Below are positions 32,545 through 43,678 of a stretch of 64,000 nucleotides of DNA, in pieces. Position numbers and translations under genes: made by a program. The notes beneath the pieces are model-generated. The model saw only the letters and a program-made list of their open reading frames with translations. It was not told the origin of the DNA and did no database searches. This DNA comes from Schizochytrium sp. TIO01 (lineage: Eukaryota; Protista; Bigyra: Labyrinthulomycetes). Location of the stretch: positions 1,550,001 to 1,614,000 of the forward strand of contig SMSO01000034.1 of NCBI GenBank assembly GCA_004764695.1, given 5' to 3'. How positions within the stretch are numbered: position 1 is the first letter of the stretch; each line of letters starts with the position of its first letter.

Positions 32545-35500
32545 CTACTTATTCGTAGAATCCATTTCTAAATTATCTCTGGTCACTGACGGAAATATAC
32601 CATTACAATACTGTGCCGTCTCTTTGACAAGGTCGTCTAGCATAAGATCAGCAACCTTGGAGATAATATCCCATTCCTCTTGCTCGCTTTGCATCCATTC
32701 CTCATCTCGTTCGAGGAGATCAGAACAAATCACATTTTCCAAGCGTTCATAAGGATCCATGGTCCACAACGCACTACTGGACCATCTAGAGTTATCATAT
32801 ACCTCGCTAAAGTAATCAAGTGCGCCCCCCTCAGCACCTCCATTCAACAGTACAGGCGCGATACTCGGTCCAGATTCGAGCCTATCCCATCGTAAGACAC
32901 GCTTCAGTACATCATCTACAAGAGTCTCTAAAGGTGGTACAGGAGCGCGTAGCCGGATCGCTTGTCGAAAAGGAACATGGGCCCAGGAACCCGATTTCTC
33001 AACTGGAATCTTTGTTCCATAACGCTGCCCTAACAAAATTTCCTCCAATGAGCTATTAACTAAGTCAAAAAGCATTTTGTTGTTGATCTGCAGATATTCA
33101 GGATTTTTATCTGCGCGTTCCATCTCCAAATAAAAGCTCACATCAAGTGCCTCCCCGGCGCTCTCAGTTTGCATCTGAACCGCCTGTTTCCATTCTTCAA
33201 ATATGGCACGCCCTCCATTCTCCTCAACCATATCGAATAGTCTCCGCACGTACATATCCGTGTAAGATGTCCAGTCATAATAGCCCTCATCTTCATCACG
33301 CTCGGATTCAAGATACTCAGGTTCTTCTGCTCCGTCAGTCACTCCTGTTGTATCAGTATCGTCATACGTAGCTTGTGCATCTCGTTCGGCATAATCAAAG
33401 GATGAAGCTGTGTCGTCCTCGACCAAGGCTGTATTATCAGTCTTAAAAGATTCCACAATAGCAATGTCATTTACTTCCCTCTCGCCTAAAATACCTTGAG
33501 CCATATCAATCGCTGACTCGAGGCTTTGAGCAATATCATGTGGTTCTTCAGCTAAGGGCAAAAACGAATCGGTTTTTTTGGAATGCATTTGAATACCATC
33601 TTCAAGACCATCTTCAAGAACAACATCGTTATCTTTCGCGTCTCTCGTGAAATCAGAACTACTAATTTCGAGGTTGTGAGCTTCGCCTGGCTTGGAAAAT
33701 GCTTGCTGAATTAGCTCCGGGAGAAGCATAGCAGTCAGCTTGTCTGCAAGCTCTGCTTTTTGGGCGCGGCGTGCCTCAAATGTGACCCGGCCATCTTCTA
33801 ATGGCTCACCTCCACCTTGCGCCTCTTTAAATGTTGCAGTCTCTACAGAGCCATTGTCAAGTTGGTGTGGACTTTTGTGGAACTCTCCGTCTCCAGCTTT
33901 GTGGCGCTCTTTAGGTAAGGACGAAAACGACTCGTTTTCGTCTATGTTGTGCTCCCCATCCTCATCTGCGCTATATATGCCATCCTCACCTGAATTTTCA
34001 ATATCACTCACTTCAGGTCCTTGGTGTTTCTTAATGGTCTTTATACCAGGTTCCTCCACTTTTTCTACCACTTCGCGTACATCGCCATCACTTTCTTTAT
34101 CACTACCTTCACTGATATCTTTGACCACAGCCTCTGGCATTTCTGCATGAGCTATACCTCTAATCAACTCTTCATGCACCGAGTCCATCTCCTGTGCCAA
34201 CTGGGTATCTTGAGGGTTTTGATCAATGCTAACACTAATGGGATTAAGAGGCTCGCCATCTAACATAATTTTGCCCGAATCATGGATTTCGCTACCGAAG
34301 TGCTGTGTCTCCGAAATACCATGATTTTCTTCTTTGGAAGAGATAAGCTCAGCATGGTGGTTGGCCGGGCCAACACGACTTGGAGCCCTAACTCGGCAAA
34401 TTTCAAATTCATCAATACTTGCAAAAGAGTCTGCTGCAAGGTTTGCTATCATTCCTGCAACCTCCGGATCTTCACCTTCGTCCTCATTACTCTGACCGTC
34501 GATAATGTTTTCCTCATGAGCAGCCCTTGCTCCAGTAAGATTGCTGTCTTGATTCTCATTTGCCTCCGTACCATCGAGCTCGGCCTGCCGTTCATTAGGC
34601 CCAACTGACTCTAGAAGGGCAACAGCTGACTCATCAAATTCATCATCATTAATATCGCCAGCTTCGCTCATCTGGTCCCAATCATCGGCAAGAGGAACTG
34701 CATCATGAACGAGCGAGGCGCCAATCGATGACACTTGGCCTGATCCGAAACTGTCAGAGTAAGCGCTTGAAGTAACAGTGCTTTGGGCCAGTGCAGTTTC
34801 CAGGGCAGCTATTTCTCGATCAGTTTCCATGATCTCTTGCTCGAGATCACGTTCAAATTTACGTTGGTCATGATGTGACTGTCGTAGAGAGTGTTTTTCC
34901 TGCAATTTCCCTAGAGCAGCACGTTTGATTTCAAGCGCATTCTCGAGGTTGTGAATTCTTTCGGCGCGAAGTTCCATACTTTCTTGCATAGCTAAACCAC
35001 GGGAAGATAGTGAAGAGGAGGCTGGCTCCGCTCTACCAGCAACTGCATTCGACTCGAAGAACCTTGATTGACCAGGCATTTTTATAGGGCTTGATCGAAT
35101 ATCACCGTCAGCCGGGAGAGAAGCATTTGTCAAAAGGGGAGAAAGATGGTCCAGGCTTTGGTTGGAAGCAGCAATATCGTGTGTGTCAACACGAAGAGGC
35201 TCCGGAACCTTTTCTTTACCCACAATGGTAGCACGCTCATCTTCTTCGTCTTCTTCATCTTCAAAGCTTTCTTCATACTCCGTCGTTTCTTCTACGGTAC
35301 GAGCTGAAGAAACTACTTGACTTTGCTCATAATGTGTATCTAGCTCTTCGTCTACTTCCTCATCATATACATTGGAAGGAAGGCTTGATTTTGATTTTTG
35401 AACTTGGTCAAGATCCTCATCGATGACTTCTTCATCGTCATCATCAAACATGCCTTGACTAATGAGATCTTCCGCAACGCTGGACACTACCGATCTAGAG

Positions 35501-38500
35501 TGCGCATTATCTGCACTTTTCACAGAACGAGCGACATTGGAAGTGCCACTATCATACTCACTCTCAATCTCAGATTTGTATACATTTCCATCATCCTCGA
35601 ATGATGCACTATATTGAATACTGTCACGCTCCGAAATGTTACCCTTACTATCCCGAGGACTCTGCAAAGCTTGGGTTATATTTGGCAACATTTGTTCACC
35701 CATCAACGCTGGAGCTGGGCTCGTTGGTGAAAGCGATGCGCCATCAGATCCCATTAAAGAAGCCGCAGCTTTCAAGAACAAGGCATCTCTCTCTGGAGAA
35801 GACAAAGGCAGATCAAAGGAACCTTGCTTTTGACGAAATTGCATTGTTTCATGGTATAAAGTGCTCAACGTTTGCTTGTGCTTTCGGTAGCTAAGTTCCT
35901 CTTTATAGTATTGTTCTGTCAAGGCGGCACGCTCACTGTCAATCGAAGCCTTATTCATCCAGAAGTTTGTTTCAATTTTCCGTCGCTCCTGCTCAAGACT
36001 AGCTTCGATCTCGCGCTGCGAAGGCATTTTAATATCATTTGCACGAGGGGACATTATTCCAACCTTCTTAGGAGAGGAGTCTCCAGATCTAAAGCTACTG
36101 CCTCCTGTCTTACAGTCCTCCACCCACTGAATCATGAGTTTCTTCTGATGAATAAGCCATTTAAGCTGTTCTCTAGTTTTCTCCCGTAAAGCTTTTTCTC
36201 GCATCTTTAACAATTCCTGCTCATGCTGTCTGCGTGTAGCAGCATTCTTCCGGTAATTTCTCAACAGCTGTTTCGTAAATGCTCTAAAAGACCCATCAGC
36301 ATCTTGTTCGCTTTCAGCTAGACCCAGGTCATCATCAGACTCTCGAAGGAAAGACTCATCTGGAACGAGTTCTCGCATCAGACGTTTATCCTCAGCAGAG
36401 AGCTGAACATGGAGGAACTCATCGTTTCGGGATTGTGCAGCATGATCGAGTTCTTGTCCACGATTAAGTTTGCGGTTACTGGATTGATATACCTCGGAGC
36501 CTTCCTCGAAACCCTCTTCGGCATCTTCATCGTCAAAGCTTGAATACACCTCACCCTCAGCAGCAGATGCGAGGCTTCCTGACATGCCCAAAGTAACCAT
36601 CTTATCGGAATGGAGACGATCAACATCGACCTCGTCGATAATGCTCTGGCTTTGGGACGCCCCATCTCCCTCGTCATCACTGTCTAAATTTTCTTCAACA
36701 TCTTCACTGATTTCATCCTCGACAGATTCTTGGTGAGAGTCTTGTTTTAGAGTTTTGCCTTGTACAATTCTCGCGGAGGAAGCCGCTGTTCGCGGGCTAT
36801 CTGAAATTGAATTTACTGAAGCTGCAGCCGTGCGAGGCGAGCGGGTTGCATAAGATCCAGATGCGCTTAGAATTGATCGAGGGCTACGTGACCATGACTC
36901 CTCAACACTGACTGTTGTGCCCTGGAGGGACGGAATATCGCCACGACGAGAACTTCGTGGGGTTTCGTGGAATCCACTTGTGCTGAATTCGGTGTCGTAT
37001 TGTTCATCTTCACCTAAACTCTCGTCATCATCTTCTTCAGATTCATTGTCATCATCATCGCCTTCGTGATTTTCCTCCACTCCTGAGCTTGATTCACTGC
37101 AATATCGGCCGTGGCCTTCATCCATAGAATTTGATTTACCAGAAGGTACCAAGATCTTCTCAAGCTGAATTGGAGATGTTGAATGGGAAACCTGTCCTGG
37201 AATTGGTGAGGTTGCATGGGATTCGTAAATTGGCTTCATCTCAGCTACAGTGACAGCTGCGTCTCGACGATCGACTAGTGGGGCGTCGGATGCCATATCT
37301 CGCACATCTTTGTCAAGGGTTTGTGCACCTGTATCTCTCCGTTTGGCCTCTGCAATGGTGTCCTGAAGACTCTTTGCACGTGCTTCTGCTGCAAAAATCT
37401 GAGCTTGGGCTTGTTCATTAATGTGAGCTCTAATCTCGACTGTGCGAGCCTCTACGAGATCTTGGCTAGCCTGATAAACTGTTGCAATTTTTGCAACTTC
37501 GGCTGCGTGTCTTCGTTCATCATCCCATTGCTGCATGAGTGCTGCTGTTTCGTGCTGAGCAAGCGAGAGCGCCTGCGCATGCTCGAGCTCGTTCAAGTGT
37601 TGATGTGTCTGCTCTAGAGTCTCAAGAAGGTTTACATTTGCTAAGAGCTTCCTACGGAGGGCTCCAGGAGAAAGAGTGCGAGGTTTCTCCGAGTGCGAAG
37701 CTGACGACGTAGTGCCATCATGTTGGGACTCCTGTGTTTTCAATGGGGTTTGCAATGTTTCTTCGCCATTAAGGATGCAGCTTTTTACCTGTTCACCCTC
37801 CTCAACCTCGGATTCATAAATAGCATCATGGCTACCTCTATTATCAACGTGAACACTGTCATTAGTTTGTGGCTTTAAAGTATCGAGGATTGGTCTTTCG
37901 TCCTCTGCAGGAACTTGAAGGAGCTCGTCGTCCCATTTGAGCTCCTCTGGACGTCCTGCCTCGTCGGATGCAGTCACATGACGTTGATGATGCAGGCGTA
38001 CATGATCGGGGATTGCCTCCTTCACGGTGGCATCGTTTTCTAGATGCAGTAGCTTAGATGCTTGCTCAATTAGATCAGAGGATCCAGCAAAATGTGCTAT
38101 AGGAGGATCCTGCTTAGAATGAAGATCGTCAGCAAGCCCAATATCCTCATCTGAATTCTCGCCATCTGCTTTGGAAGATCTGCTCTGAATACTAGCTGCA
38201 GTAGAGCCACCATCCGAAGCTTCGGCGGCATCTAGATGAGCTTGACGAGCTGCCTCCTGCTGCGCTACGTAGAGATCAAGAATTCCATAAGATTTTCTCT
38301 TGACATAGGCTTCAACCTTGTCCTGTATTGGCATGCGTTGCGTATTTCTGGACGCAATGTTCTGGGCAGCCCTAAGATTGGAGAGGACAGGTCCTGCACG
38401 ACCTACCGAACCAGCAGGGCTTGTGGAGTTCTTCTGGCAGGTCGATGAGGAAGCAGAACGGAGATTGGGGTCGCGAGCAATGGCTCGTTGCAACATCTCT

Positions 38501-40704
38501 GCGGCAACACGCTCAGCGTCTTCCTGAAGCATTTTAAGCGCGTCTTGCTTACCAGGTAGACCCATTGTCGCCGGTTCACGGAAAACTTGAACTTTGTTCC
38601 CAGAAACTCTGTCTGATAATGCAAGATGGTCTGCACCCTCACTACTGAGAGATTCATCATCCATGTTGCCATCGTTGATACCAGTGCTGCCACTAGTGTG
38701 CTTAGAGGAGAAGGAATCTGACAACGAGGATATCTGGGTGTCTGCAGCTTGTGAGCGCCATGGTGCTGCTTCAGAAAGCTTGGTAATACCGGCAAGAAGA
38801 CTTTCACCATCATGACTACCCGAATTGTTCTTTGCCTGGTCTCTGTCTCTCTGCCTGTGCTGAAGTAATGCGCTCGTAGCTTCGGTATGTTCACGTAGCT
38901 CTGTAAGACGCTCCCCTATTTGATTAGAATTCCTCAAGAAACTTGCTTGAGCATTCGACACCATAGCCTTTGCAACTTGTTGGGCAGCACGGCGAACAGC
39001 CTCCATTGCTGTTGAATTTAGTCCGCTGCTCGCTCCTGATGAACTACCACTACTATTTGAGTGTGCAGACTCACCAGTAATGCTAACCCCAATGTCGCTA
39101 TTTTCACTGTCCGATAACCCGCTTGATGTATCCTCGTGAACTTTATCAACCTGGTTTAATCGGTGACTCTCACTAGTCGAACGGCTGGTGGTCCTCATTC
39201 TTTTTGCAGACTCTCGTGGTGACCCAGAAACGTAATTCATCATAAAGGCCTCCTGATCAAGGTGAAGATCGACGCGCGGGCCCAGTGTGCGTGCTGGTTT
39301 GTCAGTACTGTGAGGTCGTGTAGAGCGTACTAGGTTACGACTAAACCTTGGTAGAGATTTTCGCTTTGGGGATGCTGAAGAATATCGATCTGCTTGTTTG
39401 GCTGGAGAGCGAGCGACGCTTTGACTGAGAGACTCGTACTGATGAGCTTCTAGTTCACGTAATTTGTTGATTTTGTGTTGCTTTTCTTGTTCCATACGAT
39501 CTTGTTCCTCCTGTTCACGCTTCCGCCTCAAAATACGTTGCTTCTTCATGAAGGCCTGAAGTTTGCGTCGTTCCTGTTCAGTAGCGGCTCGTTGAGAGTG
39601 TGTACCCACAACACGGTCCTCGTGTTTATCAACCAAGTATGTTGCCTTCATTGGTACCCTTGCCACTGCTGGTAGCGCCGGCTTGCTTTGCAGCATGCTA
39701 GTTCTCCGAGAATCTTTCACGTGCAACTTTGCAGGTCTCTGAGCTTTTAGGACTCTTGGCGCACGCCCTAGCGTGCCACTATCTATGCACATCGCATCGT
39801 CCATTCCTAGAGCAGTTCCTCGCCGCCCTGCATCTGCATCAAAATCCAGCTCATTGCTATCTTCATTTTCATCATCAACCCTGCTCCCTATCTGCTTAAT
39901 AGTATTTCTAGTTCTCTTTCCTGCAAGTGTATTCCTCGAGTTGGTGTTTTTGATTTCGGCAATTCCAGCGTCCTGGGTTCGAGCTCTGCTTTGCCATCCA
40001 AATTTGCGAGGCGCAGAACCGGTCTCTAAAGCAGGGTCGCTTCTTCTAAACTCTTTCTTCCCAGAAGGTGCTTTGGCTTGAGCATTGCTTCTTCGTATTG
40101 CCTCAGCTTGAGCGGCAAGAAATTCAAGGTGTTTAGCCTGCTCAATAGCCTTCTCCTGGCGCTCCCGGCGTGTCCTTAGTGTCGTCCTACGAAGGGCCTC
40201 CTCTGCCCGCAGCCTGGTGGCCTCTTGTCGCGCAACTCTCGCTTCTTCAGTTTCTACATCAAACTCAGCTGTCACTCGGGAATTTGCTCTGGCTTTGGGA
40301 TTGACTTTGGAATTGGCTTTGGCTTTGGCTTTGGCTTTGAATTCCTCCGCCTCTTGCAACCGCCGCGAGGCTGCCCTTACGCGCTCCAGGGCAGCGCGAG
40401 GCCCATCCACAGCGGTGGGCACCTCGACAGCGCGTATCCTCTTGTGATACCTTGGCGAGTTTGCCACTTTATCATGTTCCTCGAGGTCGCGAGTGCCGCG
40501 TTGTTGAACTCCACGAGTATGTCGGCGCGGATTTTGAAATAGAGTTTGAAAATCGTCGCCGTCACGGCTGACACCGCCGTCTTCGCTCGGCCACGCGTAC
40601 CCAGGGGGGAGCTCCGCGCGGGGAGCAGACGTTACGCGAACATCCTCGTCGCTCACACGCCGACCGCGCACGCCGCCCATTGTGCGCAGCGCAGCCGCTG
40701 TCAT
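32545..40704 (-). CDS. CEP350: CEP350-like centrosomal/basal-body protein, about 2719 aa from the first ATG
   Basis: PGALRRKLLANVNLLETLEQTHQHLNELEHAQALSLAQHETAAL and ELLKMREKALREKTREQLKWLIHQKK match conserved CEP350 blocks as I recall them. C-terminal NKMLFDLVNSSL...VADLMLDDLVKET is DUF4378/TRM-like. Confidence 0.75.
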   Translation of the reverse strand: MTAAALRTMGGVRGRRVSDEDVRVTSAPRAELPPGYAWPSEDGGVSRDGDDFQTLFQNPRRHTRGVQQRGTRDLEEHDKVANSPRYHKRIRAVEVPTAVDGPRAALERVRAASRRLQEAEEFKAKAKAKANSKVNPKARANSRVTAEFDVETEEARVARQEATRLRAEEALRRTTLRTRRERQEKAIEQAKHLEFLAAQAEAIRRSNAQAKAPSGKKEFRRSDPALETGSAPRKFGWQSRARTQDAGIAEIKNTNSRNTLAGKRTRNTIKQIGSRVDDENEDSNELDFDADAGRRGTALGMDDAMCIDSGTLGRAPRVLKAQRPAKLHVKDSRRTSMLQSKPALPAVARVPMKATYLVDKHEDRVVGTHSQRAATEQERRKLQAFMKKQRILRRKREQEEQDRMEQEKQHKINKLRELEAHQYESLSQSVARSPAKQADRYSSASPKRKSLPRFSRNLVRSTRPHSTDKPARTLGPRVDLHLDQEAFMMNYVSGSPRESAKRMRTTSRSTSESHRLNQVDKVHEDTSSGLSDSENSDIGVSITGESAHSNSSGSSSGASSGLNSTAMEAVRRAAQQVAKAMVSNAQASFLRNSNQIGERLTELREHTEATSALLQHRQRDRDQAKNNSGSHDGESLLAGITKLSEAAPWRSQAADTQISSLSDSFSSKHTSGSTGINDGNMDDESLSSEGADHLALSDRVSGNKVQVFREPATMGLPGKQDALKMLQEDAERVAAEMLQRAIARDPNLRSASSSTCQKNSTSPAGSVGRAGPVLSNLRAAQNIASRNTQRMPIQDKVEAYVKRKSYGILDLYVAQQEAARQAHLDAAEASDGGSTAASIQSRSSKADGENSDEDIGLADDLHSKQDPPIAHFAGSSDLIEQASKLLHLENDATVKEAIPDHVRLHHQRHVTASDEAGRPEELKWDDELLQVPAEDERPILDTLKPQTNDSVHVDNRGSHDAIYESEVEEGEQVKSCILNGEETLQTPLKTQESQHDGTTSSASHSEKPRTLSPGALRRKLLANVNLLETLEQTHQHLNELEHAQALSLAQHETAALMQQWDDERRHAAEVAKIATVYQASQDLVEARTVEIRAHINEQAQAQIFAAEARAKSLQDTIAEAKRRDTGAQTLDKDVRDMASDAPLVDRRDAAVTVAEMKPIYESHATSPIPGQVSHSTSPIQLEKILVPSGKSNSMDEGHGRYCSESSSGVEENHEGDDDDNESEEDDDESLGEDEQYDTEFSTSGFHETPRSSRRGDIPSLQGTTVSVEESWSRSPRSILSASGSYATRSPRTAAASVNSISDSPRTAASSARIVQGKTLKQDSHQESVEDEISEDVEENLDSDDEGDGASQSQSIIDEVDVDRLHSDKMVTLGMSGSLASAAEGEVYSSFDDEDAEEGFEEGSEVYQSSNRKLNRGQELDHAAQSRNDEFLHVQLSAEDKRLMRELVPDESFLRESDDDLGLAESEQDADGSFRAFTKQLLRNYRKNAATRRQHEQELLKMREKALREKTREQLKWLIHQKKLMIQWVEDCKTGGSSFRSGDSSPKKVGIMSPRANDIKMPSQREIEASLEQERRKIETNFWMNKASIDSERAALTEQYYKEELSYRKHKQTLSTLYHETMQFRQKQGSFDLPLSSPERDALFLKAAASLMGSDGASLSPTSPAPALMGEQMLPNITQALQSPRDSKGNISERDSIQYSASFEDDGNVYKSEIESEYDSGTSNVARSVKSADNAHSRSVVSSVAEDLISQGMFDDDDEEVIDEDLDQVQKSKSSLPSNVYDEEVDEELDTHYEQSQVVSSARTVEETTEYEESFEDEEDEEDERATIVGKEKVPEPLRVDTHDIAASNQSLDHLSPLLTNASLPADGDIRSSPIKMPGQSRFFESNAVAGRAEPASSSLSSRGLAMQESMELRAERIHNLENALEIKRAALGKLQEKHSLRQSHHDQRKFERDLEQEIMETDREIAALETALAQSTVTSSAYSDSFGSGQVSSIGASLVHDAVPLADDWDQMSEAGDINDDEFDESAVALLESVGPNERQAELDGTEANENQDSNLTGARAAHEENIIDGQSNEDEGEDPEVAGMIANLAADSFASIDEFEICRVRAPSRVGPANHHAELISSKEENHGISETQHFGSEIHDSGKIMLDGEPLNPISVSIDQNPQDTQLAQEMDSVHEELIRGIAHAEMPEAVVKDISEGSDKESDGDVREVVEKVEEPGIKTIKKHQGPEVSDIENSGEDGIYSADEDGEHNIDENESFSSLPKERHKAGDGEFHKSPHQLDNGSVETATFKEAQGGGEPLEDGRVTFEARRAQKAELADKLTAMLLPELIQQAFSKPGEAHNLEISSSDFTRDAKDNDVVLEDGLEDGIQMHSKKTDSFLPLAEEPHDIAQSLESAIDMAQGILGEREVNDIAIVESFKTDNTALVEDDTASSFDYAERDAQATYDDTDTTGVTDGAEEPEYLESERDEDEGYYDWTSYTDMYVRRLFDMVEENGGRAIFEEWKQAVQMQTESAGEALDVSFYLEMERADKNPEYLQINNKMLFDLVNSSLEEILLGQRYGTKIPVEKSGSWAHVPFRQAIRLRAPVPPLETLVDDVLKRVLRWDRLESGPSIAPVLLNGGAEGGALDYFSEVYDNSRWSSSALWTMDPYERLENVICSDLLERDEEWMQSEQEEWDIISKVADLMLDDLVKETAQYCNGIFPSVTRDNLEMDSTNK

Positions 40705-41850
40705 TGAGTTCTGCAAACGGCGGATCCCAACTTAGCAAGCACTGTCAAAGAGAAGAAATAGAGAAGGCAAAAAAGAACACTGCTTCCTCACTATAACGCA
40801 CATAAAAACAATAGCACAGCAACAAGGAGCACAATTGGAACAGGACGCGATTAAATGAGAACACCACAAGTAGAGGTACGGGTTATAGATAAAGCTAGAT
40901 AGCGCATAGCAGTGAAGGGAGAGAGATGGCAAAATAATGGGTGGGTAAATTGGGATCGTCCATGGGATAATGGCTTAATTAGCGAGAACGATTTGTGATG
41001 CCACAAACTGTTGTATCTAGCAAAGACTGGTTCAGCAGAAGGCGAGCGAGTAAAGCTTACTTTCATTTTTGAAACACCCCATCTGTACCGCTTACAAGTA
41101 ACTGATGATGGAGCGAAGAAGCGATATAGTCCATGAGGATGAATAAGCTTTTAAAAATGAATTGATAAATTATGATCAATACCAATGATCCAACTGTAAG
41201 ACTTCCACTACTTCAGTATAGGTTTAACATCAAACATTACATATCTCTTTCCCGATTATGGTTTATATATTGGGTGTAAAACACTTATGTTTCAAACCTA
41301 AGACCAGTCTTCAATGTTACTTGGCACTAACTTCTTTATTTTAGTCATCACCTCCGTTACTGTTGACGAATTAATTAATCGTAGCAAATGACTTTTTTTG
41401 CATGGAAAGACAATTTCGCTTGTACTAGTCGAAATCCACAAATACATTGATCACATCTTTTAATATTCTGGTTAGAGACATCGCGCATTGCAATTAGACG
41501 TGTTTTTTATAAGAATGCGAACGCTGCTAATGTTCTGGACATTTAAATGTTGTCATTTGAAATGTGACAGTTTTCCAATTTGATTGCTAAGGATAGAGGC
41601 GATTGACGAGGACGCTCGAGTCCAACAGGATTGACTAGTAAATTTGATACATAAAGTAGCACTCAAGTTACGGGTCATGGTGTTCTATCATACACTACAC
41701 TAGAGAACGCATTTCGTCCCAATCGAAAAGTGAAAATAAAAGAATTTTTCTCTTTTCTCTTTTCTCTTTTAGTTGTTGGAGAGTCTTCATTTACTGCCAC
41801 CAGTGGCCAAGAGCAAACCTCAGACCTTTTTGACCTTTGGGACGTCCGCG

Positions 41851-42879
41851 ATGACGTCCGCAGAGCCCGCCACTGATGCTAGTACTGATGCTGCGATTCA
41901 CGAGGAGCATCAGTCGCTGGCCTCGGCGCTGGAGCAGGTTTCTTTAGGGCAAGTTGCTACAACACCTGTGAACGAAAATGCCCAGGACGAGCAACTCCAA
42001 GAGGAGGTAGAGGAACAGCGCGTGACGATGTTCTGCTGTCAAAAGTGCAGGTGTGCTCTCTTTACGGACCAACAACTAAGTAAACAGCACGTGACAGGGC
42101 AACATGAGTTCGGGTACTTTAAGCAGGCAAAAGATGGCAAGGGTTCCAGAGAGTGCAGCTCCATGTTCCTCTCAGAACCGAACCAGTGGATGAGCACCTT
42201 GGCCATGGCTGACGAGGTTGTCGGCAAGCTCAATTGTCCAAAATGCGGTCACCGTGTTGGCAGCTTTTCGTGGTCTGGGTCCCAATGCAGCTGCGGAACC
42301 TGGATCGTCCCTGCGATCCAGGTTCCCGTAAGCAAGGTTGACCCCCGAGAGATCCCAGTCTCGATGATTCCTCAACACTGCGCTGACCTGAAGGTGCCCG
42401 AGAGTCCGGAGTTCCATGATGTGGCAAGCCAACAGGGAGAAGGTGTGCAAGGAGGCGAGCAGTCTCGAGACGTAAAGGAAGAAGAGGAAGATCCTCGTGA
42501 GATTAGGGCTATCTTACATGAGCAATGGATCCAGCACATTCAGGATGGGCAAATCGAGCAGGCATTTGCGCTGGTTGATACCTCAGACTGCTCTATGACC
42601 ACTGTACAAAAGAAAATATTTGATGGAAAAGTCAAGGTTGCTAAGGTGCTCGGAGCATCATCCGCCAAATTGCAGGGTCGCATCAAAATTGTAGAGCCGG
42701 GCGCGGTCGTCATGCCTGCGCCTTCCCACTCTACACGTATTATTTTTACCGTGGATGGCATCAAGGGCCGTTTTGGTGAATCGATTTGGTGGTCATCAGC
42801 TGACGACAGTGAGCCAAAAGTGCAACATATTATGCGAGTCAAAGATCCAAGTGACGCGTACTTAGAGGGCCAAAGCTAA
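41851..42879 (+). CDS. Yvh1/DUSP12-type zinc-binding domain protein with an unknown C-terminal domain
   Basis: CQKCR..LF...H...CSSMF..EP..WM...GKLNCPKCGHRVGSFSWSGSQCSCGTWIVPA. No CX5R phosphatase domain is visible. A possible splice acceptor at 41771-41772 makes the start uncertain. Confidence 0.8.
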   Translation: MTSAEPATDASTDAAIHEEHQSLASALEQVSLGQVATTPVNENAQDEQLQEEVEEQRVTMFCCQKCRCALFTDQQLSKQHVTGQHEFGYFKQAKDGKGSRECSSMFLSEPNQWMSTLAMADEVVGKLNCPKCGHRVGSFSWSGSQCSCGTWIVPAIQVPVSKVDPREIPVSMIPQHCADLKVPESPEFHDVASQQGEGVQGGEQSRDVKEEEEDPREIRAILHEQWIQHIQDGQIEQAFALVDTSDCSMTTVQKKIFDGKVKVAKVLGASSAKLQGRIKIVEPGAVVMPAPSHSTRIIFTVDGIKGRFGESIWWSSADDSEPKVQHIMRVKDPSDAYLEGQS

Positions 42880-43678
42880 GAAATAAAAGCCTTCTCCCTC
42901 GCCATTTGATTATTCAACAAATAGAAACCATTCAAATAATACCATAGGCTTCTTGCTTTTTCAAAGTCCTATTAGACTATTTTACAATGATTATGATAGT
43001 AAAACTAAACTTGCATATTTTTTGGATGATTCCATACTTTCCAGCATCTTATATTAACTCACCAGACTATTAAATCTCTCTTCATCCCAACTAGACTCTT
43101 TCACAAAAACTGGCTCAGTACACCTGCAGCTGTAGCCTAAGAAAATTAAGTTACAGCACATTTCGTCTCAACTATTTCCCAACTTCGCGCTCCACAAAGA
43201 TTGATTTAGCTACTATCGTCACTTCAAGATTTATTTTTTTAACAACACACAAAAGGCACATTCAAAGCACTTATTTTCTTCACCAACGTAAGACAGGTCA
43301 GAACGATCAAGATAGAAAATGCACTTCTTAGATCAAAGCCAAGAATATCTTTTAATTACTCGTCTAATGATATTCGCAATAAGGAAAGTGGTCAGTAAGA
43401 CTATTTCATGTAATCAACGTCTTATGAAGCGAAAATTTTAAAGCAGGTGAGAGCTTATACCTTTGACTTGTGTATTTTTTTTGTTTCAAAGGGCTTTGAC
43501 AGTGCACCTCTGGCATCACAAGACTCAATCTCCTTACACAAGCGCCTAAATTTAGGACGACTTTTTATACCTTGACAAAGAAAAAAAAAAAAAGTAGATG
43601 AAATGGCAAAGGACAGAGAAAAAATTGAATGAATAGGGTTCTTCACACAAAGTGAAGATGGCAATGGCAGTCAAATAT

